Translations under genes and position numbers: made by a program | The notes under the pieces: generated by a model | The model's input: the letters and a program-made list of their open reading frames with translations, nothing else | Database searches by the model: none | Told to the model about the DNA's origin: nothing | From: Eukaryota sp. GEM-RC1 | Taxonomy: Eukaryota | Length of the DNA stretch: 64,000 bases | NCBI GenBank assembly: GCA_040285855.1 | Contig: JAUFOQ010000002.1 | Location: 1,612,001 to 1,676,000, forward strand | Reading direction: 5' to 3' | In this document: piece by piece, positions 23,089-38,183 of the stretch | How the letters are laid out: every line of letters begins with the position of its first letter | Position numbering within the stretch: position 1 is the first letter of the stretch

Positions 23089-24879
23089 TTAGAAAGGTCC
23101 CCATAGAGAATGTCTGCAGCCTGAGTCAGCATCACTATCATCGGAGAGAGAAAACAAATGCCAGGTTTGTCTTAGAGCTAGGTAATATCTTACAGTATAG
23201 TACACCATTCCAGTTAATAGAGGGATAAAGATTGGGAAAAAGTATTTCTTAGCATAACGATCCCAAACTAGTGGGAAAGCAGTCCTAAGATCTCTCTTGA
23301 ATCTTCTGTGTGATAAAAAGAAGAGGACAGAAACATCAGTTGCTGCATTTGTAATCAATTGGATGATCAAGATAGTAAAAGTTCTTGCATTGAGTCTCGC
23401 AGCGCCTCTACCGACTCAAACAAAAGATACGTGCAAATGTTCATGAAAAAAGTTAAAAAGATTGCGGATAAATCAAAAATGATATCAAAGAGGTTGATTT
23501 GATGATAAAAGAGATCAAAATCTGACAAGTCTTCTTCAGCAAATCTTTCGATATCAGCACAAGAAACCTTCCTAATCGGCGATTCAGATATAGAAGTAGT
23601 CCGACAATCAATAGCAACAAACTCATCACCTTCCAATACATTTACACTACTTCCTTCAGCTTCAGAGAGAACATCACTAACTTCAGAATCACAATCATCC
23701 ACGTCATCTTTCTTGACCCCCCTCATCAGTAGAGCTCTTGTTGGAGTGATCACTTTCCGAATCAGAAACTACCTCGTTGGGAGGAGAAACCGTCCCAATA
23801 ACAAGTTCATTAACTTGAGCAATAACAGGAGTTGAAGGTTCAGATCCAAAGTTTAGAGAAACGTTGTTGAGCTTACTAGGGCACTTTCTCAAAGTTTCCA
23901 GTGCGGTTGATGAACCCCTCTTTTGATCAGTTGCTTTTGAAGTGATGAACACGCGTTCAAAGAAATCATCACGTGCCCTAGTGGTGGTTTTCCAAATGAC
24001 TTCAAAAAAGGTAGAAAAGAGGATCATGAAGGTAGTCTCGGCGAATGATCCAGCATTGGCCACCAAAAGACGAAGGACAAGGAGTTTAACGACAGAATGA
24101 ATTGAGAAAAGGAGGGAGAAGGGCTTTCTCATAGACTTCATCGAGGCAGCAACACTTTGTTTGTCAGCTTCACGATCTTGCCAATTAGAGCAGATTCGAC
24201 GGATAGAGAGTCTGGCAAATGTTTCAGAGGTATAAGTCATGAAGGGAGCAACAACAATACGAAGCAGTAAACGAGTGGAATAGCGTTCAGAAGCGAAGTA
24301 GAACCGGATAATGACAAACTAGAGTTAAGAATAATAAAAGGGACAACAAACTTCCATTAGAAGAAGGGTGAGGATGAACGGTACGAATAAGGCTGTGAAG
24401 TATCTAGGTTTGATCAGCTCCTCTTTTTTGCAGAACTTAGCCATGGCAACAAGGTAAAAGACTTCAGCAAGATACAGAAGAACCAAAAGGTAAGCAGCGG
24501 GCACTCTGTCTCCAAGGGTGAAGGGCTTCAAAACTGAATATATACCAATAAAGGTTCCAAATAGATAAGCGTACCGACGGAAGTTTTTAGCTTTGTGCGG
24601 AAAGAGAAAGTAAATGGGCCAATAACTAAAGTAAGCTTAGCATATCTGAGAAACAAACAAGAAGGTCAGCACCAAAACGTTTTGGATACAATTCTCTAAA
24701 GCTAGCCAGAACCGATCATTCATGGTTCGTTCACTCGGTACACAGAACAGGGAGACACGCGAAAGTAATGTGAATGCAACATATAAAACTATGGGAAGAG
24801 CTACGACCAGTGCTTTGAGGACAATTTTAGGGTAGAGCAGAATGAGTTGACGCAAGGACTGAGATCGTATGTGATTCAT
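23089..24879 (-). CDS. Multi-pass membrane protein (fragmented by short introns and frameshifts)
   Basis: Five consecutive minus-strand ORFs with hydrophobic helices and an acidic S/D-rich loop. Confidence 0.6.
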
Positions 24880-25153
24880 GAAGTAGAGAAAATTGTGTGG
24901 GTTCTATTTTGGGAAGAATGGCAATTGGAAGAAGTGGAGCTCATTTGAGAAAAAGACAAAAGGATCACAATTTGATCCTGTCTCATGGGTGCATACCATG
25001 AATTGTGAGTGGTTTTGGAGACGTTACGCCAAATGTTTGACCTTCTGAGAGTATAAACGCGTATTCAATATGGTAAGTTCACCATTTTTACTGGTTACAG
25101 TCAATTACAGTTGTATTCCTATAAAATATTAAAAAGGGAATTCATGTGTGGAG

Positions 25154-25635
25154 CAGGGATCGAAAAAAATAAATTGTATTGCAATATATTGAAATAAATT
25201 TTATTGCAATATATAAGTTCAAACACGTGTATACATCACATCATAGGAACCATTAAAGTAAATAAGTAAAGAGCAAAGTAGAAAGATGAGTTGTGAAGTC
25301 TGAGTGTACATTATGATCAGAAGATGATCAAGATTTACAATAAGTTATGAATATTTGTCCACTGTAGTGTTGTTGTCAATAAAGCTTTTCAATGAAAAAA
25401 AATCATGAATATTCTTATGCATGTATCTGAAAGGGTAACCGACTAAAACAATCGTTGAATTTCAGTCAGTAGAATTCAGCAAAAACATCTCAATTTTCTA
25501 CATTTTCACAGACCAAATTTTACCCAAAATAGTGCAATATATTGCAATTATTTATTGCAATGATCACATTTTCCAATATATTTATTGTACATTTTTTATG
25601 CTAGAAATATATTGCAATATATTTTTCGATCCCTG
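25154..25635. mobile_element. hAT-type MITE
   Basis: TIR CAGGGATCGAAAAA / TTTTTCGATCCCTG; degenerate 8-bp TSD GTGTGGAG / GGGCGGAG; subterminal TATTGCAATA motifs. Confidence 0.8.
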
Positions 25636-26350
25636 GGGCGGAGACAAACATCCTATATGAAACTTTTATTTCAGACTACGGTTTTTGGACAAGAACGCTA
25701 AAGTGTACATATTAGTAGTACTAATATGAAAATATGAAAATTTAGTACAGTACATATATTAAACAATATCTTCAAAGTCCAAATTTCGTAGTTGGAAATA
25801 GTCACTAACCGTATCTTCATGATCCAATCCAAGAGAAAGTACAACGCTAAATAAATATGAAAAAAAAACTAAATGTAAGTAAATACTAGTAAAACAACCA
25901 ATCAAAGAACTGGAAAATTCTGACTTTTTTTAGTTACCACCAAACCAGTTGGCCAAATTTGGATCAACATACTGTATCTATACAGCGACTTAAGAATCGA
26001 AAAGGCAAATCTACTCTTCCATTACTACATGTTAGACTTATTACCAAGTACTGACATCAATTTGTCAAACAAATTAAGAAACCGCTTGGTTTATGAAACA
26101 AAATTTCCATATTTAGCTACAGCAACAGGCTGAAAGAGAATAATATTGTATCGTCGTGTGGTTAATGCAATAATTTGATGTACTTAGTTTGACACTGTTA
26201 CGTTTGCAGCGTCTTTCAGCTTATCGTTTGAAGTATTCAAAAGATTGGCAGTATCTGAATTGTTACAAGGGTCAAAGGTCGTAAAATCAACTACAATTTC
26301 CTGGCATGATAACCAAGGGCCAATAAAGGTACATTAATTGTTTTTTCCCT

Positions 26351-29300
26351 TCAAAATGAAATAGTGTAATAGTAAATGATGTATTTGACAAAACTCTGTG
26401 CTGACAAAATGCTCAGCCGTTTTACAGAATTTTTTATAAAAAAGACTGAACACGTAACTGAGAGATTCATTATGAAAAAAAATATATCGATATTAAACCT
26501 ACTAATTCGATAAACAAGAAAAATATTCGCTATCAAAAGTTCCAGAAAAGAAAGATTCCAGAGCAAGCAGATTTGGGTGAAAAGGAGTCCCAGCAGCGGG
26601 TTTAATCAAAGATGAAAGTTTAGATTGAATAAATGTCAAATCTAATTCAAAATTGTCAACTATAGATCTGTAGACAAATGCAACAAAATAGGAATCGTAA
26701 GTAGCTTCATCGATTTCTGGAATATCGACCTCTTCAACATTATTCAGGTCGAAAACAGATTTCAAATCGTCAATAACTTGTGTCTCAATTCGACTTTTGA
26801 CTGAAGCTAAATCAAAGTCTTGCCTGTCAATTAGAACTTTCGAAAACTTTAACAGCGAAATCATCAAACTATAACACGGAGACAAATCAAGTGAGACAAG
26901 TTGTGGAACAGTAGATAGAACCTGTTGTAGTTGATTGAATTCCAAACAGGCAGGGTCATTAGTTTGATTGATGATTATACGAATAATGAAGAGATAAGCG
27001 TCTATGGACAATTCAATAGACATCAAAATATTTGAGTCAACAATGGCTTGAATGACGTCAACAAAATGGATAAACTGATAACGTTGTTGTAACAAATAGA
27101 AAAATGTGGCATACAATGAAGGATTTGAAGAAACAAAGACAGAGAAAAACTTGAAAAACGCTGTTACTATCGACGTATTTGAAATTTCAAACATTTTTTC
27201 AATCAATTGTTGTATCTCCGATGAATCTACACTAAATTCCAAACTCTCAATATAACTTAGAGTGGGACTTTTATCACTGTTTGATTCACTTAGAATTGAG
27301 CCATTCAAAGCCATTTGATCATTAAGAAGAGATGCATTGATTCCATCATTGAATTCAGCATCGACGTGATCAAGTTCAAAACTCTGATTGATCAAAAATA
27401 GTACACGTTTAATTTCAAACAATGGAATATTGGCCAAGAATGAAATGCCAGTAAACAAATCATGAAATTTTTTCTTTTGATTTAAAGAAAGCCGTTCACT
27501 TAAAGCCAAAAGAGTCAGCAAATACCCGTGAATTTGGTTACAAGACTTGTCAACATTACTTAAATCGGTTAGAATTGATTCAAACATTTCTTCAATAAAT
27601 TCTATTCCACAAATAACTGCAAGAGCTTTAGCAGTTGCATTACGAATATAGACATCTCTAACTGATAGTAAATTACACAAACTGGATTTTTAGATCACGT
27701 GGAATCTCACAATCACACGTCATCCTTTGAAGAAGAGACAGGACTGATAGAACTTTGTTGGGAACATCATGATCTTCGTCAAAATTTTGCAAGATATTTA
27801 AAAACGTGGAGAATGATTTAGAAAACCTCTCCGTAAACACCATTAAATCAACAAAATTAGTCTTTGCAGTACCTTTACTTCCAAAAAACCGAGTGCTGAT
27901 GATAGCCATGCACCTAGCTGATGCTGAGCGACAATCCCATGACTCCGATGACGTGTGATTGACAATCAGGGGGCAAATATCATCAAGGTAATCAAGAATG
28001 AGAGAACTAGCTTTCAAATCATTAAGAACAGAAGTAAAGACGTTAAAACAATTAGAAAGCTGGGAGGTAGTAGAATCTGAATTATTTAAAATTGTTAAAA
28101 ATTTCGACATTGCCATAGACGTAGTCGCTTTAGAAGCCACAGAGTTATCAAGAACTTCTCCATGTAGTAAAGCTGAGACAAGCGTGGGAACACCAGCAGA
28201 CCTGCGTCTATGTGAAACGTCATCAGAAACAATCAGGTCAATAACTTGATTGAGTTTCGATTGTCGGTATGATTGACCAGAAAGTGATGACGTCGTTTTC
28301 AGAAGGGTAGCAGAATCGTACAAAACACCAACGTGTCTAACACTTGAGAGTAAGTCAAATGCAATATTTGAAATATTCTGAAAAACTGATTGGTCTAAAG
28401 GAGAATCATGGCGGAAGCAAACGATTTTGTAGAGAATTTGCAGAGCAGTTCGAGAGATATGAGGAGCATCACGAATAAATGAGGAATCACATGACCGGAA
28501 AGAGCTAAAATCACCGAGCTCTAAACCTTGGTGATCAATGTGACTGAGACAGATAGAAACATTCGAAAGCACCTTAAGACATAGATCTATAATATCAGAA
28601 GAGAAAGATTGGACAAAATGATAATCTTTTAATACTACTTGTAGAATTCCAGATAGAAAGGTATTGGTCTGATTTGAAATAGAATCAGAACAATCAGAAG
28701 TTAAATGAGGAGTATTAAAGGATAGAATCGACATTAATTGATAGAAAAAGTCAAATTTTCCTCTAGATCGGGTCCACTCAAGATCATAAATGTTGGATTC
28801 AAAATTGATTGAGAGATTAGAGTTAAATAACTTGTTTAAAAGATGAAAAAGTAACAAGAAACATCCACTCGAATCGGTAAATTTTAATTTTTGTTGAGAA
28901 AATGAATCTCTTAATAACGAAAAAAATTCGTACTGGCTTGATTGTAAAACTTTGAGAAATTTAAAATCTTGTACATCTATCGAAGTAAACAAATGAATAA
29001 AAACATCAATTACTTCAGAACGTGTTTTTCCCAAGAATTCAACAATCCATAATAAATTAAATAATTTAAAATTTTACTGGGTATTATACCAGTATCATTC
29101 AAAACAAAGTGAAACTCAGAAGAAGAATATCCAATCTTAGACGAAGAAATTAAATAATTAAAAAATTGAACTCCAAAGAAACGCCTAGATTGAGGACTTG
29201 AAGGATTTAGTAAAATTAAACAGAGTGAAAAGAATTTGTGATAAAAACAAGCATTTGCACAAACTTTAATTTTTGAACAAAATTCACCTAGAACTGGACG

Positions 29301-31145
29301 TAGAAAGTCAATCAACGTGTAACCGGTAAATTCATCTGATCCTGAATATAGAAAGAGTGAGTGGCACAAGAGATCAAAAACAGCAGATTCCAGAGCAGAA
29401 TTGACCTCTGAATATTTGAAAATATGAACTAAAATTTTGAGACAATCAAACTTTAAAGCCACAAGACAATTCGAGTTTAAACACAATTGAATAATTTCTA
29501 CCAATTGTTTCACATCAAAATTGATTTTGTCAAGGGTTTTACAATGATACTTGAAGAGAATTTCAAAGTAAGAAAACATGAATATGATGGAATTATCGAA
29601 CTTATCAGTCGGCATTGAAAGGAAACAATCACAGAAAGAATTTAAAATTTTAAAATTCTTGGGAAATGCATTAACAAGGGCAGTGAAAACTTGAGAAGCA
29701 AACAACGATAATCTTTCTGGATCGATCTCAGTAGAAGCAGCGTATAGAGCGGTGAAGAAAGAACTAATCCAATCAGTTTTGATTGATTGTGCTAGAATAG
29801 GAAAGTAGAAAATCAACAGGTCATCCAGCACATGACAGACATTAGGGTCGTTTCCTGCAGGAAGAGTTTCAGTTAAAAACGTAGCGTGATTAAAATTTGG
29901 AAAATATTTTAAAAAATCAGAAGGATTAGGCTTGAATATTTTAAAACACTGAGTTAAAGCGAGATATTTGTGATTATTAAGCTGTGAAACTGATAAAATG
30001 AAATTCAAAAATTCATCTAACATTTCTAAATATCCAGAATCTACAAGAAAATTAATCCATAATTTAAAATTACTCTGCCAAAGACTCCCATTAATTGACT
30101 CCCCGCCTGATGTTAAGACAATTTTAAAATGTTTCAGCATTTTACAATGAACTGAAGAAACTTTTTCCAGTTCATGACCACTACTTGCACGATTCAAAAC
30201 TCGATTCAGAGTGTTAGCAATCAAATAAACGGGAACGGAAAACTGGCGATCAAAATGTATGTCTAAAAGAAAAGATATTATCCTCAAAAATGAAGCGCGG
30301 AATACAGAAGAATCAATTATGGAGATAAAGCTTTTGAGAACAACTATTCTAGCTGGTAAACTTAATAATTTAAATATATTGAATAAATTCTCATGAGATT
30401 TAATTGAAATGAATTGAAGTGAAACTGATGACGATTTCGAATCATTGAGGTCAATCAACTGCTCTAACAAATCAAACTGAGTACTTTCCTTTTTGTGTAG
30501 ATCACGAACAATCAAATCAAACTGATTGACGGTCGAGATGGCGGCTGAAACAGAATCTTTAATAGCTATAAAATCAATGTCAGTCAATGTAAGTGCCAGA
30601 CAAGTTCCATGAATACCAGTGAAGCAAGCACATGCTGTACCAAGAAGTAACTGGTGAAGATCAGAAGAAGAATCACCATCAAAGAGAGATTGAAGTTCAG
30701 CTGTAGGACAGAATCGAAGGAAGTAGTGGAACAAACGAGAAAAAGTAGTAGACTCTTGAATAGTCTGTAGACGTGGATGAACTAGTTTAAGATAGTTAAG
30801 GAAACATGCGTATGGAAGGAATGACGAGAAGGGAGGTTGAAGGAGAGAAGACAATATGAGAATTATTGGAGGATTAGGTGTAGAGGAAGAGCAGATGATG
30901 TGATCCAAGTGGTTTTGAAGGGAAGATGAGTCTAGAGTGGGGTTTCTAGCAAAGAACTTTCTGATCATTTTGGCCTGTTTGATATGGGGTTCTGAACTAA
31001 CAAAAAGGAAAAGCTTTGTCAGCACATCGGAAGAGATGGCATCGTGAATGGAACTCGCATGAAGATATTCTAAAAATTCAGTATGAGAGAGTTTGGAGTA
31101 TCGGGTGGCAAAGTTCTCCAAAGAGGAGGTGGGATAATCAAACAT
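26351..31145 (-). CDS. THADA/Trm732-like HEAT/ARM repeat protein (DUF2428), split by frameshifts
   Basis: Consecutive 711-, 453- and 392-aa ORFs with RHVGV, HRRRSAGVP and WDCRSA motifs characteristic of THADA/Trm732; 3' end uncertain. Confidence 0.75.
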
Positions 31146-31186
31146 GGCAAGAAAGAGGGGGGATGAAGCAAAGTCAAATTGTGAAC

Positions 31187-33279
31187 ATGAAGGTCATTTG
31201 TTCGTTTTTCATGTCCTTCATCACGACTTCACTTTGTCTCTGTGTGTGTATTGCGGCAGCAGCCGCTACTCCATCTTGGTTGTATTGGAACAGTAAATCG
31301 GATGTTCGTTCATTCCAAAATATCACTTCCCTCGAATCCAACACGGACGCGTTCTCCGTTTCTTCAGTCCACTACAGCCAAGCCGATTGTGATACACTAG
31401 TTCTCTCTTGGATGGCGAATGGAAATCTCAATTACAGACTTTTTTATTGCTTCTTTAAGTATGGCTGGTTCTACCAAGAAAAAGGATTCGACCCATTCTT
31501 CTTTCTTATGGAACAACAACATTCTTATACTGTCGATTCGTTTGAAGGAATATCTATCGAAACCGCCAATTATAGTACTCTTAACTTCAACTCTGTTGAT
31601 GCACATCCTGCTACATTTGCTTTATCATCAGCACAAGATAGTAAAGGAATTGTCTTAGGTGTCAGCTCTTGTTGGAGTCTTCAATCAAATCTCTATGACG
31701 CTGAGGCTTGCATGGAAGATATTGTCTCTCCCCGTGGAGCAATTGTTGAATGTAGAAACACCTCTTTTGATGTTGATCGTGATATTCTAGGTAAATGTGA
31801 ATACCATTTGTATAGAAATGTTGACCTTCATGAGCCGAATCTTGGAGCTCTGGATTCTGACCAAGTTATAACTGCCTCTGAACAGATCTATTACTATAAA
31901 GATATCCCAGATCACGATGAGTCACCTCAACACGCCGATGCCACTCGTCACTTCATTCCTCATATGACTTCTACTCTCTTTGCACTGAAGGATTTAAGTG
32001 GTAATGGTTTTGTTGATGTTGTACTTGGGGGTATAGAGCTAAGACCAGTCACACTATGGGATTTCGGTACACTGGAAAGACCTTGTTGTCAAAGTGAACG
32101 GTCAATTGACTCTGGAAGTGCTGACGCTCAGGAAATCTTTGGTGAATGGGTTCCTGTAATCGTTAATCATGGTTTCTCAAGTCTTTCCGAAATTACTTCT
32201 GGAAATCCTGGATGGTTCATGGATCCAACTACTCAAAGAGTTCTCCCTGACGGTAGTTGGAGGCGACCTGGAAGAGGTTTCTACGATCCTTTGGACGAAG
32301 CTTTTGATTCTTATGATGCTGACATTGAATTTGAATGGGGTCTGGATCCTGCTCATGTTGGATCATTTGCTCATGGTGAAGCTGGGTTTATGTTTGGAAT
32401 GAACAGAGATTTGCGTAATTACTAGTATGTGTTTGGATTTCGTTGCTGACAGCAGTGTCTACATCATGGATAATCATAGGGCTTGTGGAAACGTACGCTA
32501 TAACTACCGGGAAGTTTTAGTCAAGGTAACCAATGGTGCAATGACGGAAATCGCCAATAATGACTTTCCTAATTTTTTCAGTGGTCAAAAGCACACTATT
32601 CACATCAAATTGACTGAAGGTGGATATATTACAATAGACAGAGATGGAAATCGTCGTTTTACTTACCAAGATACCTCGAATATTCATCATGGATCGTTTG
32701 TTTGCTTATTTTACTTACCCTAGATATGGTTTCTATGTTTGGGATCAACAAGGTGCCTATTTCGATGACATTCTTATTAATACTAGAAGTATTGCTGCCG
32801 ACCGCCCTATTTTGTCAGAGCCTACTGTATGGTCTGATACTGACAAGAATAACAAGTTTTGCCGGGTAAAGTTCTATGTTCACCGATATCTCAATGAAAC
32901 CGATTATGTTGCTCACGAAGTAGATACTTCTCAATTTCCTCCACTCTCAGGCTGTGCCAATCTCAATAGTCCAATCACGTGTACTAGCAGTTGGATTACC
33001 TTTGATTCTAACCCAAAACCAGATCTTCTTGTTCATTGTGTTGTTGGAACTTCTGTTCAGTACAGAGTTGGCTTAAATTGGGATGTTAATGGTCCTTCCA
33101 GTTGGCAAGTTGTAGAAGAAGGTGATTTGACTGTAGGAATGAATGGGAAAGCTGCATTTGTTCCAGTTGGTTTTGGTGGATATTCCTCTGTTGCCCACAA
33201 TGGAGTTCAGGTAGCACCAATAATGGTTGTCACTGAAGTCAATGGAGCATTGCGTTATAGGCATATGTTTAGAATGTAA
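31187..33279 (+). CDS. Large secreted protein, paralog A (introns 32425-32455 and 32696-32723)
   Basis: Signal peptide; FG-GAP-like DLSGNGFVDVVLG; beta-rich lectin-like segment. Splicing the two GT-AG introns restores the frame and matches paralog B. Confidence 0.8.
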
Positions 33280-34637
33280 ATTTGTAATTTGTTGTATTTG
33301 TGTTTCATAAAATCTCTAATTCTGATGAACTTCTGTCAAACCATTCAACTATTACTGGTCATGAATTTTTAACACAGTCTAATCTCTCGGTATTTGAGTT
33401 TCCTCAATTTTGTCCATTTAGATGATGTGCTGGCGATGATACACCTGCCTGTTCTTAGTTACTTCATGTAGATCGCTTTAGAATACTGTAATTCCTTTTC
33501 TGAAAAAACAGGAAAATTCAATAAGATCTTTGTCATACATAAAGCGACATCATCAATCATACACCAGGTTATTGATCCTATAATAAAATCAAATTGAGGA
33601 TCAAGATATCTTCATTGTATAACTGGATCAATAATGAGGCTTTACATTGTGTACATGGAACTTGGTCTGCACTAATGTATCCACCCATTGAAAATAACAT
33701 TGATAACAATTGTTTTTGATAAATCTGCGACAAACCAACCAAATCAGAACAAACCTGCCAATCCTAGCTACATATAAATCTTGACACTTGTTTGTACGAA
33801 AAAATATCAATATATTGGTTCTAATATTGACCTGTCAAAAGCAACAATCTGTGGTCCTAGAATCCTCTCAAGGATTATATTGAATTAACAATGAAAGACT
33901 GAGAAGTAGAGGTACTAATGCATGTGAATTGAATCATTGAATCGTTCATTTTATTTGGAGTAGAATTACTAGTACTAGGTTGGACTAGGATTGTGCAGGT
34001 TTGGGTTTCAAAAGTTTCAAATACCAAACCTGGTTTAGGTTTGGTTTGGTTTTCCAAAAATGGGTATAAGTTCAGCTAGGTTTTTAAGTTTTAGGTTTAG
34101 GTTCAGCTAGGTTTTGTAAAAAAAAGTTTAGGTTCAAACCTAGTAAACCCGATATGTATTATGAATTAAAAATACACTGTAGTTTAGTGGAACACTGTCA
34201 AAATAAAGTTGTTCTTACGGTAGTACTAGATAAGCTTTATTATTAATGCTCGAGTATCACAAACAACTACTAGTGGTGCTACCTTTCTATTGCAAAAAAT
34301 CGTCTCCAATTCTTAAGACTGACAAGTGCTTGGATACTTTCATCAGACAGAGAAGCTCTATATTCTGGAACTGTGCTCTGTCTTCACTCATCACTTCAAT
34401 TTCAGAAGAGTTCTCGTCAATAGAAGCGTTAAGATCGTTCATATTATTGAAATTAAATGTGTTTCATTTCCTACAGTTCTGAAGCTAAAGAATTAGGTTT
34501 GGTTTTATTGAAAAGGTTTAGGTTCAGCTAGGTTCAGTAAAAAAAGGTTTGGTTTGAAACCTAAACCCGAACCTGCACCAGGGGTGAGAAAAAATATATT
34601 TATATTGTATTTATTGCAATAAATATCTATTTATTTA

Positions 34638-35129
34638 GAGAGTTATTACGCATGTCCCCTCCCAATTTTAGGCATGTCCCCTAATTGTTTGTCATAAAGT
34701 CCAAGAGTTTTACGTGTACCTTCTGATCTTTGAACCACAATGCATGTCTGAACGCATCATTGCTTTTGAGAATGTCGTCAATGAATGTCAGAAATGGGTA
34801 TCTGATATCTCTTATCTGACCCTCAGTGATCAAGACTCGCAGACCTGAAACTTCTTGTCGTGTTGTTTGTGACAGAAGTGAGTGATATCTTTCACGAACA
34901 AGTGATCTTCTTCAACAAGGCCAAAGACTGGCAAAGATTAACGGTTTGTGACTGTTTCTCTGTTTCGTTTCTCCCATGGTCACTCCTTTGACATCGAGAA
35001 CAGTACGATACCTAAACGACAATTTTATTTCATATGAGCATCTCTGTAAGAGAACAGCGAGAGTTAAAGGTGAAAAAAGAAATTAAGGGACATGCCTAAA
35101 ATTGGGAGGGGACATGCGTAATAATTCTC
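34638..35129. mobile_element. MITE D with ~50-bp TIRs inside B
   Basis: GAGAGTTATTACGCATGTCCCCTCCCAATTTTAGGCATGTCCC and its near-perfect inverse at 35081-35129; 8-bp TSD TTTATTTA. Confidence 0.85.
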
Positions 35130-36747
35130 TTTATTTATTTATTGTTCTGCTGGTGTTTTCATTCGTAATGCATAATTCACCACTTTACTGAGTTTTCTCA
35201 CACCTTTTCACAGACATAAAACCTCTTTATTACGGCCTTTGAAAGTCTTCTGATGGCCTCTATACATAATTCAGCATCTTTTACACTTCAGTAGATGATG
35301 TTGGTTACATTTTCAGCATCTTTTTTGTTTCATGAACATGTTATATCTTAGCTTAGGCACCAACTTCGACTCTGTGATAGAATTTGAACATCAACTAGGC
35401 AATCTCCACGAAATGAAAGACTTTCTTGTTCGAAAAGTTTTCAATTTATCGATACTTATATCCTGTGATTGACTCTTTGCTTCGGGATCGAGGAAATCCA
35501 CCATCTCAGTGTTTCTCCAAACAATGATCTTTTTGATTCATGGACTATCTCTCTACACGGATGGGAACATGTGCTAAATTTTATAAGTAGCAGATTGATG
35601 GACATTTACGGTATCAATTGTTGATCTCTCTGTGCTATCGTGTAGTGACTATTTGGAATGATAAACTCTGACAATCAATAGATCTTCTTACATAACTAGA
35701 CACCAACATTAACTGATTGTCACAGTGTGACTAACTTGACAATTTGGGCCAGTAACTAAGCATAAGGACAACACTAAGATGTAGATCGATGCATGTCTCA
35801 ACAATGAATGTAGCTGGAAGGTGGATTTAGTCGGTTTGCTTCTGTTGGTGTATCAGAATTGTGAAACGTATTTCAAGCGATAGTACAGGTCATTGATACA
35901 ACATTTTATATTCAATCAGTTTTGGGATAGAAAAAGCAGTGGTTGACACTGATGAAGTAGATTTTGTACAACAGTAGGAACAGTGGAGTAGTATTGTCCA
36001 GGAGTTGGAACTTCTTTCATATGACTACTTGATTCAAGACACCAATAGATTTGATACAAGAGTTTATACAAACAGTCGATTCACGTCGATTCCAACAGTC
36101 TATGGGTCCCTTTATTGTAATGTAAGCTGCAGTATGTAACCCATGATGTTATAACAGAGCTTTATTTGCCGGAAAGATTTGTGTGAAAAATTTTTTGTGA
36201 AAAGTGAACTCTGCTCACATATGCATGAAATTTGCTCACACCAGTGTGAGTTATCGACAATATATTTATTGTTCGTCGAAACAATAAACAATATTATTGC
36301 AATATATTTAAATATATTGGTGTCCTAATATGTCTGTTTTTACAGTAATACATTGTGCCATTTTTGAAGAAATACAGTGTAAAGTGATCGATTGGAGGTT
36401 GCTGAGCACGATACAATTCTATCTGAGTCTTCTTTATTTTTGAACATAAGGAAATTGTTACCCACTACTTTTCAAATCTGTACTTGAAACGACTTGTCCT
36501 GCTTAATACGACGGAAACCCAAACTGTTCTGTTGTTGTGCAATTGGAGTTACTCCAAAAAAGTATCTTCAATCAGAGTCTTATTCACTACACAATCTATT
36601 GAGCTCCTTTAGGCCGATGACGAGTCTGAGGAACAATTGGTATATCATAAAAAATGGTAGAGCTGTTCTTGTCTGATTATTGACACATAGAAACTAAATA
36701 AAATTAACAATATTTATTGTTTTCGACAACAATAACAATATATTTAT

Positions 36748-38115
36748 GGAACGGGTTAAATAGGTGAAAATTTTTTCTATCTATCATAGGTGAAAAATGA
36801 TTGACCAAATTTCATTTTACTGATCAGGTGAAAATAAAACTAACTAGGTGAAAGTGAACACTATGCGCTTACTCCTAGACATGAACATTCACTCTTAAAC
36901 TCTGTACCTCGCTAGCAATGGTTGGCTGCATTGTAAACATATTCATAGACTCTTTCTTTGTAATCAATAAACCAGTAACACTACTCTCGTCATCGTAGTT
37001 CGGCAAAATGTCATCACTACACCTCTCGATTATATAGTGAACAGCACTCTTAGATCCACGTATGGTTAAACTTCCATTTTACATTGGAAATTTGCATTGA
37101 GGTCAATAGGAGCAGTTTGTCTGAGTTCTTTTCGGCAGAGAGTTTAAGAAAAGTAGTAAGTATTTTCTTGTTGATATGTACATGTAATTGTCCAAGGGTC
37201 TGTTCTGGAGATAATCAGCGACGCATCACCTCCGGAGAGGGAATGTGGGTTAAGTTCCTTAACCCAGGTTAGGTTGGCCGTATCAGTTCCTAATTCTCCT
37301 TGACGACGGGCGTATATGCTGAAGCCGCAGTTTGTACCAACTATACGTCTTTTTCTAGTAGTGGAAGTGCTTTCTGGCTTCCCTGAGGCATGACATTTGA
37401 AGTAAGCGTAACGTGCGTCTTCTGATCCACGCCGGGCCACCGAAAAACCATGTTGTGCAGCATATTCATTCCATCTTCTCTGTCCCTCCTCCAAAGTTGG
37501 GAATGAGTGCTTATCTTCTTCTAGAGGCCAAGGGACCTCGTAAGATTCATCAGACATCGATACAGTAATTGTTGTATGTTTTTGAGATGTTAAGTTATTG
37601 AGGATACTACTGTACAAGTAGTAGAATTTTCCCCTAGTTAGACATTTTTTCGAGAAAATTACAGAAATGCCCAGATTTGAGACATACACTTACAAAATTG
37701 CCCATACATTACTACCTTAGTTCATCTAACTGTGGTTTACCAATGACACTGAGCTGTAGAACTGCATGCTCTGAATAACCTCCTTCTTCAATGACGTCTT
37801 GATTGTTGATTGTATAGAGATGAAGTATGTTAAAGCACAGCCTAAACGATTCCTTGCTGCTTGTAAGTCCATTGACTCAGACAGAAGTGGCTGATGCATC
37901 AGGAAATCTGAATGGTGGTGATGACAGTGCTTCAAATGACGAAGATCAACTAACTTTTCGAAAGAGAAGATATACGTTTAGATGAGAGAGAATGTAGGGA
38001 GAAGTAGAAGAAACGAGTTATATGTTTTATATAGAGAATGAATCTGGGCAATTTCGTAAGATGAAGGAAGAAATCTGTCATCGTCCCCATTTTTTTCACC
38101 TTTTTATCGTTTTCC
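36748..38115 (-). mobile_element. Deleted Mutator-like element (MULE) E inside B, with a FAR1-type DNA-binding domain remnant
   Basis: Perfect 9-bp TSD TATATTTAT; imperfect TIRs GGAA...AGGTGAAAA; ORF 37144-37689 contains FPTLEEG..WNEYAAQHGFSV..FKC..TNCGFSIYA, a FAR1/WRKY-GCM1-like domain. Confidence 0.8.
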
Positions 38116-38183
38116 TATATTTATTTCTATCGAAAACAATAAACAATATATTTTTTTTAATAAATATTTTCACACCCCTGACC

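Larger units (their letters stand above)
34579..38180. mobile_element. hAT-type element B inserted in the right TIR of A
   Basis: TIR CAGGGGTGAGAAAA / TTTTCACACCCCTG; 8-bp TSD ACCTGCAC (34571-34578; second copy at 38895-38902 once element C is removed). Confidence 0.8.
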
